Of a DNA stretch of 64,000 bases, positions 39,435 through 48,412 are shown in pieces (within the stretch, counting starts at the first letter, position 1; every line of letters starts with the position of its first letter). A model generated the notes under the pieces. The model was not told the DNA's origin, ran no database searches, and was given only the letters and a program-made list of their open reading frames with translations. The DNA is taken from NCBI GenBank assembly GCA_046861655.1, contig JBHIAI010000002.1:1-64000 (forward strand), read 5' to 3'. Origin of the DNA: Fidelibacterota bacterium (GTDB lineage Bacteria; Fidelibacterota; Marinisomatia; Marinisomatales; S15-B10). Made by a program: the position numbers and the translations under genes.

Positions 39435-40664
39435 ATGTCACCTAACTGGAGAATGTCCGTCACAGCCCTTGTTCTTTTCTTGTCAAGCCTCTCTTCCCAG
39501 ACGGTTAGCTTGACGGGCACGTTCAATCGGTTCATCACCTATTATGTGAGCTCCGTCGATATCAACACGGGTGCATCGGACGTACAGCTGTTCGATTACC
39601 TCCTGGAATGTGTGGACTGTACCGTGGAGGATGGAGAGTATACGGAGCCGGTGTCCATGGACATAGAGTTCAGGATTTCAATGAAGTCTCCAGCCCTGGG
39701 GATACCCGAGGAGGAGACCATCTTGAGGCTTGGCACGAGCGAACTCGTCGTCATGCGGGCTCCCATTCCTCTGGACAGCCGGGATTTTTCGGTAGGAGAC
39801 CTGGACTTTTTCGATGTAAACGGGAATCCGGTCCCTGTGAGTATCCGGATGGAGGAAAATCTTGATTTCGGGCGATTTCAGGATATGTTCAGCGTCATCC
39901 TTCAAAGCGGCCGGCTGCCCGATGGGATTTACCGTTTCACGGTTACCATCGAGGTGGAAGGGGGAACGGGAGATGTACTGGAGGAAGTCATCAATGTCAC
40001 TACCCCCACCACGCTGCAGCTCACCTCTCCCGGTGGTGATTTCCAGAACCTGGATCAATCCGAAATCTACACCCTTTATCCTGTTTTTCAGTGGGAGTCG
40101 GAAATGTTTTCTCCCGCCTGGATCCAGAATTGCGAGGAGTGCGGATTCTTTATCCGGGTAGCCGAATTCCGGTGTCAGGACCATAGCACGCCAGAAGAGG
40201 CCATTGAGGAGGTAACGGTTCTTCCTCTGGATCAGGCCGCTGGCTGGCAACTCGTGGGTGACCAGGACGAAAACGGTGTATGGGAACCAGAAGAGGTCGG
40301 CGGGAATCAATTGAGTTTTATGTATCCCACCACGGGAGCGGTGGACCTTACTGCTGGAAGCATCTATGTATGGCAGGTTCAAAAACGGATCTCAACCACC
40401 GAAGGGGTGGAGGTGATCAACAGTCCCATATATGCCTTTCAAATTAAGGAAACCACGGTCGATCCGGTGCTTCAAGCCTTGGGTGAGATTCTTCCGGAAG
40501 AGATGCTGGAGAGTTACCTGACGCCGTGCGGTCCTCTCACGGGTTTCAGTCCCAGCGGTACCGTGAAGCTCGACGGTGAGGATGTGGATGCGACATCTCT
40601 CAACGAGCTGGTTGAGCAGTTCAGGCAGGGGAACCGTACTCTCATTTCGACTGAGGTTCGGTGA
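39435..40664 (+). CDS. Secreted hypothetical protein (beta-sandwich domains)
   Basis: Signal peptide; PDGIYRFTV, LTSPG...YPVFQWES, YVWQVQ Ig/Fn3-like patterns; very acidic. Confidence 0.65.
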   Translation: MSPNWRMSVTALVLFLSSLSSQTVSLTGTFNRFITYYVSSVDINTGASDVQLFDYLLECVDCTVEDGEYTEPVSMDIEFRISMKSPALGIPEEETILRLGTSELVVMRAPIPLDSRDFSVGDLDFFDVNGNPVPVSIRMEENLDFGRFQDMFSVILQSGRLPDGIYRFTVTIEVEGGTGDVLEEVINVTTPTTLQLTSPGGDFQNLDQSEIYTLYPVFQWESEMFSPAWIQNCEECGFFIRVAEFRCQDHSTPEEAIEEVTVLPLDQAAGWQLVGDQDENGVWEPEEVGGNQLSFMYPTTGAVDLTAGSIYVWQVQKRISTTEGVEVINSPIYAFQIKETTVDPVLQALGEILPEEMLESYLTPCGPLTGFSPSGTVKLDGEDVDATSLNELVEQFRQGNRTLISTEVR

Positions 40665-42259
40665 TGGGCAGTCTTCAGACTGTGTCAAGAAGGCTTTGGA
40701 CCCTTTGGATCGTGGGACTGACGGTTGCCATCCAGGCGGGGGGTGCTGTGGACAAGGTGGCGTTGACCATGAAGACGACCGGGGATGTTCGTCACCAACC
40801 TGTGGGTGTTCAGGAATTCGAAAGCCTCCGGAGAGGAACCGCCCTTTTTGACGGAGAGGTGGTGGCCACGGGAGAGGATGGTCTGGCCATCGCCCTATTC
40901 CTGGATGATAAGTCTCAGCTGAAGATTAAGAAGAATTCCGAGGTGCAGATTTCTGGCACTCGTGACGAACGGACCATTTCCAAGCGGATCAATATGGCGT
41001 TTGGCACCATGAAGGCCACCGTTGAAGAGCAGACCAGGGACTTTGTCATTACCACACCCACATCCGTGGCCTCCATCAAGGGAACGGAATTCTGGCTTAT
41101 CTCTGATCCCACCCTTGGGGATGTCCTTGTGGGAATCCTGGGTACTGTGGAGTTGACGAACGTGGTTTCCGGGGTGGTCCACACCGTGGAACCGGGAACG
41201 GTGGTAGAATCCACTCAGGAAGGACAGATCAATATTCTGGTGACGGTGAAGATCCAGGGTGAGGCTTCCTCTGAGGTCTCGGGAGCCCAGTTTTCGATGA
41301 CTGGCATAACCGTTCTCCAGGGGGAGGCATCGGCTCAGGATTTTTCGGGAACGGTGGAGGTGACCGGGAACACCATTTTTGAAGGTGCCGATGTGTCAGT
41401 CGGGTCCGTGGTGACACTTACGGGGACCCTGGATGAACAGACCGGGAATGTAGCGGCTACAGTGGTAGAGATATCTGCCCCCGTCACCGTTACCGGTACG
41501 GTCTCCAGTACTGTATCCGGGAACCGGTTTTCCATTTCGCAAGTGACCGTGGTTTCGGGAGAGACGGAAACGCCTCCCACGACCGTGGAGGTAACGGAAA
41601 TCACAGTTATTGAAGGGGGAGACATCGTCCTCGGAGCTGAGGTGACTGTCACCGGAAACTACAATGAGGAAACCGAGGTGTTAGAAGCCTCCCGTATTGA
41701 CGTGGTGATCCCGAAGCTGAAGATTTCCGGTGTTATATCGTCCCTTCCTTCAGACCGGGAGATAGAGGTTTCAGGAATTCGGGTGGTCGCGGGTCAGGTG
41801 GATGTATCCCTTTTTTCCGGCAAGATCATCGTCACGGAATCGACGGTCCTTGAGGGAGGAGATCTGGCGGTGGGTGCCACCCTTGAGGTAACGGGGACTC
41901 TGGATCAGACCACAGGGGATTTGGTGGCCGAAAGGATCAAGGTATTTCAGGTCGTCCTTACGGGTCAGGTGAATTCGGCCGTTGTAAACAATGAATTTGA
42001 ACTCACCGATATCACCATTCTGGAGGGTAATGTTGACGTGAGCACCCTGTCCGGTATGGTCAGGTTGACGCCAGATACTGAAGTGGAAGGGGAAGAAATT
42101 CCGGTTGGGGTCCGGGTGACGGTGACCGGAAATGTGGAACCCTCCACGGGTACGTTTGTGGCTTCCAGGATCGTGGTGATCGTCACAGAAAGAGAGCTTA
42201 TCGTGGACATGGAAGATAATCAGGGCCGGAAACGGGAGCTCGTCATCAGATTTCAATAG
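40661..42259 (+). CDS. FecR-domain protein with four DUF5666-like repeats
   Basis: FecR signature TGEDG...LDDKSQLKI...TPTSVASIKGTEF; four ~78-aa repeats G.V...VEVT..T..EG....G..V.VTG......A..I. Confidence 0.8.
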   Translation: MMGSLQTVSRRLWTLWIVGLTVAIQAGGAVDKVALTMKTTGDVRHQPVGVQEFESLRRGTALFDGEVVATGEDGLAIALFLDDKSQLKIKKNSEVQISGTRDERTISKRINMAFGTMKATVEEQTRDFVITTPTSVASIKGTEFWLISDPTLGDVLVGILGTVELTNVVSGVVHTVEPGTVVESTQEGQINILVTVKIQGEASSEVSGAQFSMTGITVLQGEASAQDFSGTVEVTGNTIFEGADVSVGSVVTLTGTLDEQTGNVAATVVEISAPVTVTGTVSSTVSGNRFSISQVTVVSGETETPPTTVEVTEITVIEGGDIVLGAEVTVTGNYNEETEVLEASRIDVVIPKLKISGVISSLPSDREIEVSGIRVVAGQVDVSLFSGKIIVTESTVLEGGDLAVGATLEVTGTLDQTTGDLVAERIKVFQVVLTGQVNSAVVNNEFELTDITILEGNVDVSTLSGMVRLTPDTEVEGEEIPVGVRVTVTGNVEPSTGTFVASRIVVIVTERELIVDMEDNQGRKRELVIRFQ

Positions 42260-45051
42260 TGGAGATTTCCGTGGGATCATTTTTCGCCAATGGGGTTGCC
42301 AGAAGGGCAGGATGGATCGCGGCGTTCGTGATTTTCAGGACTCTTGGGGCCTTTCAGGCCGGGGCTATCACTCACTATCCTGTCCCTCAGCATACAGCCG
42401 ATAGACCCCTGGAGATTAAGGCTACAGTTTCCATGGCGACAGAGGTGGACAGGATGGATCTCTTCTACCGCCGGGCGGACGAAGATGGATTCATTGAGAT
42501 AGAAATGGATGTCGTCCCCGACGGATGGCAGGGTCAAATCCCCCTCGGTTATCTGACGGAGGAGGGGATCGAGTACTATATATCGGCCTCCCTGGAGGAT
42601 GGTACTGTAGTGACGTTCCCTGCGCAGGATCCCGTGGGGAGTCCCCAAACAGTGAAGATTGTCATGCCTGAAGCGTCTCAGCCGGAAATGGCGCGAAGAG
42701 AAACCATCGGTGAGGAAGCCATCCTCATTTTCAGTCCCGAGCCGGGATCCAGGGTGCCCACGGATGCCGTGCTCGTTTCGGTATCCCTTTTCCATGTGGA
42801 TTCGGTGGATGTTTCATCCGTACGGCTGGCAGTGGACGGTCAGGACGTGACGTCCCGGGCATCGGTTGGGACTGACCTGGTTGTCTACGAACCCGTGTTG
42901 ATGCCGCCGGGTTCTCACCGGGTACGTTTGACTGTGAAGACACTGGACGGTCGGGCCGTGGAGCCGAAATCGTGGTCATTCGACGTAACGGGCAAACTGG
43001 AGAAGGAAGTGGAGAGGGCTCTGACCTACGGGGGAAGGATCAACAGTGGGTATTCCCTGGATGCCATCGAGGGCCAGAGCCTGTCGATTGGGTTGACATC
43101 GGCTTCGGTGACCGGGAAGTGGCGGGGTTTAGACTTTAAGACCGATCTGAAGTTTACCACGGAGGAGGACCCCTTCAAGCAGCCCAGAAACCGGTACCAG
43201 TTCAAGGTGGATGCAGGACGGTATTTCAGTCTGAATCTGGGGGATTTCAACAGCAGGCTGTCGAGATTCACCCTGGATGGGAAGCGGGTCCGGGGTCTGG
43301 AGGCAAACCTGAAACTGGGTTGGGTGAATTTTCACCTGGTGAGAGGTGAGCTGGACCGTGTCATTCAGGGACGCCTGGGGGTGAATCAATCCCTGTTTCT
43401 TGAGAGTGTTGAGGCGACACAGAATGAACAGGATTCCACGAAGACCGACATCATCTACCGGTTGAATCGAAAGGGCTTCACCTTTCGCAAGAACATCTCC
43501 GCCGCCCGGTTGAGCTTTGGAAAAGGGAGCCGGTTTCAACTGGGGTTTAACTGGCTTAAGGCCAAGGACGACATCGGTTCCGTTCAGCAGGCTCTCGATA
43601 AGGCTCTTATCGATGTGGACCGGGATTCTTCTGGTTCAATTCCCCTGGAGATCGCCGTAGGGCAGTACGAATACGGGGAATTGAGAAGTGAGATCGACAA
43701 GAGAGGAAACTACCGGCTGGTCCTGCCCGAAACAGATTGGGAGGGGGACGCTCCTCAGGATAATATCGTTCTGGGATCAGACATTCGCTTTTTCCTGGAT
43801 CGAAAAAGGATAGGGTTTGAGGCCGGTTGGGCCTTCAGCATACTGAATAAGGACATCTGGGACGGTCCCTTCAGTCTCGCCGGCCTGGATACGCTCATGG
43901 ACGATGAGCTGGATGGCAGAGCGGGCGATATTGACATCTCGGGTTTTCCTGATCCTTCCGAATATGAGGACATTTTTGTTATCAATGAAAACATTGTGCC
44001 CCTTGTGCCCATAGACCCTGACTCCGCCCTGCTGGCGGATGATCCCCTGAAGGCGATCCTTAATATGCCTTCCCTCGCCTATTACCTTAAGGCTTCCGCC
44101 CGCTACCTTGGCAACCAGTTCAATTTCCAGTACATCAAGGTGGGGCCTGAATTCAATTCCCTGGGGAATCCCTACATTCAGGAGAATAACAGGGAATACT
44201 CCGTATCCGACCGGGTGGGGCTGTTTCGGAACAGATTCCTGGTACACGTAATCTACAAGCATCAAGACGATGACATTCTGAGAACGGTGGAGAATGTGAC
44301 CACCACCGAGACTTTCAGGACCAACCTGGGGCTCTACCCCGGGGGCGGCCTGCCCACCGTCACATTCAGTTTCCGCAATCAGGACAGGGATAACGGAAAA
44401 ACCACGCTTGATACGGTGACTGTGGACACGGCAAACGGCAGAATCGACCTGGAGGACCTGCGGGACTTCACCCGGACTACCCACACCACCGTGGGCGTGA
44501 ACCATCGCCTGGGGGCGTTGGGGATGGAGCACAATGTCTCGGTAAACTATGTTCAGCTTAAGCGTGCCGACCAGTATTACGAGGATGAGGACCGTCCCCT
44601 CCCACCCTTTTTCGAAGTGGTCGGCGGAGACAGTGTATTTGTCGATTCATCCTTCGTCTCTCCCAGTCTGAGTTCCCAGGTGACCAACGTAGCCCTGGTC
44701 ACCGACTACCCCTTTGGCCTGAGAACCACCCTTACCGTGTCCATCAACAAAAGCACCTTCGGGGAAGAAGGTAGTGAGTTATACGATTACGGAGACCAGG
44801 ACATCACGGGATTTACTCTTAAAGGGGACTATCGTATGTTGGACGGCCGCCTGGGACTTCGGGGTGGCGTGGAGATTACGAGTGGCTCGGGTATGGAGGA
44901 GTTTCGCCGTCTGGGGTTCGGAGCCGGATTCGGTTACAGAATCACCGATCTTCTCCGGTTCCGCTTTGACGGGAAACTCCGCTCCAAGAGCACCAACGGG
45001 GAGACAAAATCCAGCACCCTTCTTCGGGCCTCTTTGAATTATTCCTTCTAA
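42259..45051 (+). CDS. Large outer-membrane protein (N-terminal Ig-like domains plus C-terminal beta-barrel)
   Basis: ITHYPV...GIEYYI and SVRLAVDGQDVT...PGSHRV Ig-like domains; LTLDGKRVRG-type barrel strands; ends ASLNYSF. Confidence 0.7.
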   Translation: MEISVGSFFANGVARRAGWIAAFVIFRTLGAFQAGAITHYPVPQHTADRPLEIKATVSMATEVDRMDLFYRRADEDGFIEIEMDVVPDGWQGQIPLGYLTEEGIEYYISASLEDGTVVTFPAQDPVGSPQTVKIVMPEASQPEMARRETIGEEAILIFSPEPGSRVPTDAVLVSVSLFHVDSVDVSSVRLAVDGQDVTSRASVGTDLVVYEPVLMPPGSHRVRLTVKTLDGRAVEPKSWSFDVTGKLEKEVERALTYGGRINSGYSLDAIEGQSLSIGLTSASVTGKWRGLDFKTDLKFTTEEDPFKQPRNRYQFKVDAGRYFSLNLGDFNSRLSRFTLDGKRVRGLEANLKLGWVNFHLVRGELDRVIQGRLGVNQSLFLESVEATQNEQDSTKTDIIYRLNRKGFTFRKNISAARLSFGKGSRFQLGFNWLKAKDDIGSVQQALDKALIDVDRDSSGSIPLEIAVGQYEYGELRSEIDKRGNYRLVLPETDWEGDAPQDNIVLGSDIRFFLDRKRIGFEAGWAFSILNKDIWDGPFSLAGLDTLMDDELDGRAGDIDISGFPDPSEYEDIFVINENIVPLVPIDPDSALLADDPLKAILNMPSLAYYLKASARYLGNQFNFQYIKVGPEFNSLGNPYIQENNREYSVSDRVGLFRNRFLVHVIYKHQDDDILRTVENVTTTETFRTNLGLYPGGGLPTVTFSFRNQDRDNGKTTLDTVTVDTANGRIDLEDLRDFTRTTHTTVGVNHRLGALGMEHNVSVNYVQLKRADQYYEDEDRPLPPFFEVVGGDSVFVDSSFVSPSLSSQVTNVALVTDYPFGLRTTLTVSINKSTFGEEGSELYDYGDQDITGFTLKGDYRMLDGRLGLRGGVEITSGSGMEEFRRLGFGAGFGYRITDLLRFRFDGKLRSKSTNGETKSSTLLRASLNYSF

Positions 45052-45270
45052 ACGTTAGACGTTCAACGTTAGGCGTCTTCCGCAGTACGGTCTACGCATT
45101 ACGCCTGACGGCTCATTTCAAAATGATAATTGAAAATGGTAAATGCAGGAGTGAAGAAACCTGTGATATTGAATGATTCTACATTTTGTACTTTCCATTT
45201 TGCATTCTTCATTGTTACGGTTCAGGTCCATCACGTCCTCAAATAATCCATAGTCAATTCTCTGTTTCTA
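45051..45270. repeat. Intergenic element with 7-nt periodic degenerate repeats and an imperfect inverted repeat
   Basis: AACGTTAG/ACGTTCA/ACGTTAG, TACGCAT/TACGCCT, AAATGAT-AATTGAA-AATGGTA-AATGCAG pairing with TTTTGTA-CTTTCCA-TTTTGCA-TTCTTCA. Confidence 0.5.
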
Positions 45271-45277
45271 AGCCGGC

Positions 45278-46210
45278 CTATCCCTCGAAAAGGAACAGGT
45301 CCGTATTGTCGCGGAAGGTGGAGTACAAAGCCTCCATGGAATCGATGACGAAGTAGCGATCCTGGATATCGCTGTAGTCAAACCGGGTAAGGACCACCTC
45401 CCCCACATCGAAGGGAAGGAACCTGGACCGGTTGGATTCGCCCGTGGCACAGGCGACCACGTTCATGACCTCATCATACGACGAGATGATCCCTGACCCA
45501 TAAATCTCATAATCAATGTTATTGGGGCTTTTCCGGATCTCATCGGTATGGTTCTGTTTTTTCATGACGCCGAATTCGTAGCTCCACCAGGCGAAATTTT
45601 GGAGGCGCTTCAGGTTGTGGGCAATCAGCTCGGGACCCATGCCCCGTTCATCGGTAATGAGTGCATAGCCCAGCTGGCCGATTTCCGCCAGAAAATCACC
45701 GTACTCCCTGTTGGTGAGAAAAGGAGAATGGCCCCGGATATCGTGAAAAATATCGGGTTCAGGCGTGTATTCGTCTGTGTTGCGAATGTCCTGTCCTGAG
45801 TATTTCTGCCGGAATCGCCCGGATTGACGAATGATGTCCGTAACGGGAAACTTCCGCTGACTGTTCAAGAGGAAGAAGAGATACTCATTGAGGAATCCGG
45901 CCACCGGTGTGAGCATCCAGCCGCTGGCCTGTTCCAGCACAGGAGTCAGGGTCTCGAAATTTGGCCATTCGTTCCTGGAGAGCCCCAGGGCTCTCAACCC
46001 CTGGAGGTATTCCTTCGATGCGTATTGATCAAGGGGATCCTCGAGACGATTGAACAGCCGTCGCCAGATCTCCCGTTCTTCATCACTGATAGCGCCGTAG
46101 TTCTGTTTTATGAGGTAGGGATCATTCTCCGTGAAAATCTTGATCCCTCCCACTGCGTGGGGTTTTACGTTCCTAAAAAGATGGTCGTATTTGGTGTGCA
46201 CCTCCAGCAT
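45278..46210 (-). CDS. phhA: Aromatic amino-acid hydroxylase (phenylalanine 4-monooxygenase family)
   Basis: YTPEPDIFHDIRGH (two Fe-binding His), WWSYEFG (Glu), IYGSGIISS, IQDRYFVIDS. Confidence 0.88.
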   Translation of the reverse strand: MLEVHTKYDHLFRNVKPHAVGGIKIFTENDPYLIKQNYGAISDEEREIWRRLFNRLEDPLDQYASKEYLQGLRALGLSRNEWPNFETLTPVLEQASGWMLTPVAGFLNEYLFFLLNSQRKFPVTDIIRQSGRFRQKYSGQDIRNTDEYTPEPDIFHDIRGHSPFLTNREYGDFLAEIGQLGYALITDERGMGPELIAHNLKRLQNFAWWSYEFGVMKKQNHTDEIRKSPNNIDYEIYGSGIISSYDEVMNVVACATGESNRSRFLPFDVGEVVLTRFDYSDIQDRYFVIDSMEALYSTFRDNTDLFLFEG

Positions 46211-46306
46211 GCACGGGAATTTACAACACAAATGATTTTTGTAAACCCCTTTATGGGGACCTTCCAGACGTCAGCTCCTGCCTCCGGCAGTGCAAAACCT
46301 TTTTTC

Positions 46307-46335
46307 TTGACATTTATTGGAAACGGGTTTACAAT
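46307..46335 (+). promoter_or_regulatory. Sigma70-type promoter of the motor-like operon
   Basis: TTGACA-17 nt-TACAAT near-consensus, then GAGG RBS before GTG at 46390. Confidence 0.7.
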
Positions 46336-46389
46336 TGTGGGAGCTCGATTGGTTTCCTAATCGTTTCGGGTTAAATCCGAGGTAATGGC

Positions 46390-47511
46390 GTGAATAAGTT
46401 TACTCAGTCTATCTGTACCTTTCTCGTAGTCTGCTCATTTGTCGCAACCGGGTATGCCGCTGACACGTACCGGATACAGGGGGTGATCCTCGACAGTGGT
46501 GGCGACAAGGTGGGCGGTGCACAGGTGGTTCTTTTAGACGCGGACGGTAACGAGGCAGACCAGACCTCCTCTTCAAAAGGCTTCCTGGGAAAAGGGAAGT
46601 TCGAGTTCGACGATCTCAATCCGGGCCGGTACACGGTGAAGGCGACGGCAGGGGAGGCAGGTTCGGCCTCCCTCGAAGTGGTGGTGGCCGAGGAAGACCG
46701 GGAAATTGAATTGACCCTGGCCCCTGTGGGGAAAGGTGAAGAAAACGGCGGTCAGGAAGAAGGTGAAAGAATTCCCTCGGGGCGGGATGAATATGTCCTG
46801 AGCGAAATCAGTTTCGAACTGAAAAAACTAGGGGCTGAACTGGATCATCTTGGGAGCCAGATCAGGGATCTGCAAGCGAAGAGTGAGATGTGGACCAACC
46901 CCCTGTCCATCTACTCCAAGGAGATCATCCTGGAAAACGGCAGCACCGTTTTCGGGAAGGTCGTGTATCAAGATGAAGATATTCTGAAAGTACAGACCCT
47001 GGTGGGAAATCTGGTTATCGACCGATCCCAGGTGGTTCGCATAGTGGAGAATGTTCAGGCGGAGGAAGAACCTGAATACGTTCCCGAGCAGATCCGGGAG
47101 ACCTACAGTCCACCCCCCATGCCCAGGCTCGCCGAACCGAAGTACGTCGCCGTGACTCCTTCGGAGCGAATTCCCTCGGAGGTACGGGCGGCCAACGTGG
47201 TGCTGGTGGGTAACATTGCGGAGAATAAGGACAGGTCCGGAAACATCACCTTTCAGGGACAGCTCAAGAACCTTGGCGGCCGGCGGGCCGACTTTGTGAA
47301 GGTCAACTTTGTTTTCCGCAAGAACTGGAGCGGGGAGACCAAGACTCTCACCACCTTTGCCAAGGGATCTTACCACACCTTTGATTCGGGCATTACCACC
47401 GACTCATCGTTGCTCCCCGGCGCCAGTGCCGCCTTCGAACTGGTGGTTCCTGCTGATTTTGGATCCTTCATCGGGTATTCCCCCACCATCGATTGGGAAG
47501 AGTACGAGTGA
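46390..47511 (+). CDS. Secreted multidomain protein (carboxypeptidase-regulatory-like domain, coiled coil, small beta domain, FxLYD-like Ig domain)
   Basis: Signal peptide; IQGVILDSGG...FDDLNPGRYTVKA; heptad stretch; GQLKNLGGRRADFVKVNFVF. Confidence 0.65.
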   Translation: MNKFTQSICTFLVVCSFVATGYAADTYRIQGVILDSGGDKVGGAQVVLLDADGNEADQTSSSKGFLGKGKFEFDDLNPGRYTVKATAGEAGSASLEVVVAEEDREIELTLAPVGKGEENGGQEEGERIPSGRDEYVLSEISFELKKLGAELDHLGSQIRDLQAKSEMWTNPLSIYSKEIILENGSTVFGKVVYQDEDILKVQTLVGNLVIDRSQVVRIVENVQAEEEPEYVPEQIRETYSPPPMPRLAEPKYVAVTPSERIPSEVRAANVVLVGNIAENKDRSGNITFQGQLKNLGGRRADFVKVNFVFRKNWSGETKTLTTFAKGSYHTFDSGITTDSSLLPGASAAFELVVPADFGSFIGYSPTIDWEEYE

Positions 47512-48407
47512 ACCGTCCGGTAGCGATTCCGTTGCTCTCAGGGGCTCTTCTTATTCTATGTACCTTGACCGGGGTACTAACGGGTCAGTCCTCGTCCGGA
47601 TCTCCCGGGCCCTTGGGGGATGACATCTTCTTCCTGGACCTGGGCATCGTGATTGAACCGGGCACCGGCAAGGAAGAGGTTAACCGTCTGGTGAAGGCAC
47701 CTCCGGAGAAGGTGAAATTCTTCCTGGACAAGGAACCCAGTGGTTCCGTCTACATGGCGTCAACCCGGGAGTTGCATGAGACGCTCGCCCGGATCAGCGA
47801 CAGGATTGATGCCCTGGAGGAGTCCTTTCACCGGGAGATTACTGCTGTCCGGGTGGAGAATGGCGAGTTGCGGGAAATGGTGGCCGACCTCCTGGCCAGG
47901 GAACCCATTCTTCCCTCCCAACCTGCGGTGACCCCGGTTCCATCTTTGTCCACCCCACCCGTTTCCCGGGAGGAACAACCCGAACCGGAGGTGGAAGAAA
48001 AAGTCGTCGTTACCGCCCCTGCGGCGGACGGCTCTTTCAGCAAGATGAGATACATGAATGCCGTTTTCGCTTACCAGAGGGAGGACTACCGGGTCGCCCT
48101 GGATCATTTTTCCCGGTTGTACCTGAAGGAGCAGGATCACACCACCAGAGGAAACGTGTTGTACTGGATTGCCGATTGCTACTATCAACTGGGAGATTAC
48201 CGGAGAGCTCTCGACACCCTGGAGGAGATCAGATCCCTGGGCCGGTCGGACAAGCAGGATGACGCCCTGGTGTTGACCGGGCTGGCCTATCGCCAGATGG
48301 GTCGGGAAAACGAGGCCCTTGAGGCCTTTGATCATATCCTTCAGTACTATCCCGACAGCGAATACTTCAGGCTGGCCCGGATGGAGTTGCGGAAATCTCA
48401 GGAGTAG
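47508..48407 (+). CDS. Periplasmic coiled-coil plus TPR protein (CpoB/YbgF-like architecture)
   Basis: Signal peptide, coiled coil, Pro-rich linker, TPRs (NVLYWIADCYY, DDALVLTG, YPDSEY). Confidence 0.75.
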   Translation: MNRPVAIPLLSGALLILCTLTGVLTGQSSSGSPGPLGDDIFFLDLGIVIEPGTGKEEVNRLVKAPPEKVKFFLDKEPSGSVYMASTRELHETLARISDRIDALEESFHREITAVRVENGELREMVADLLAREPILPSQPAVTPVPSLSTPPVSREEQPEPEVEEKVVVTAPAADGSFSKMRYMNAVFAYQREDYRVALDHFSRLYLKEQDHTTRGNVLYWIADCYYQLGDYRRALDTLEEIRSLGRSDKQDDALVLTGLAYRQMGRENEALEAFDHILQYYPDSEYFRLARMELRKSQE

Positions 48408-48412
48408 TCCGT

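Noticed and set aside
45278..46210. Hydroxylase as a tryptophan hydroxylase or secondary-metabolite enzyme
   Set aside because: Nothing in the sequence or neighbourhood distinguishes it from a PhhA-family enzyme; the substrate cannot be assigned by eye.
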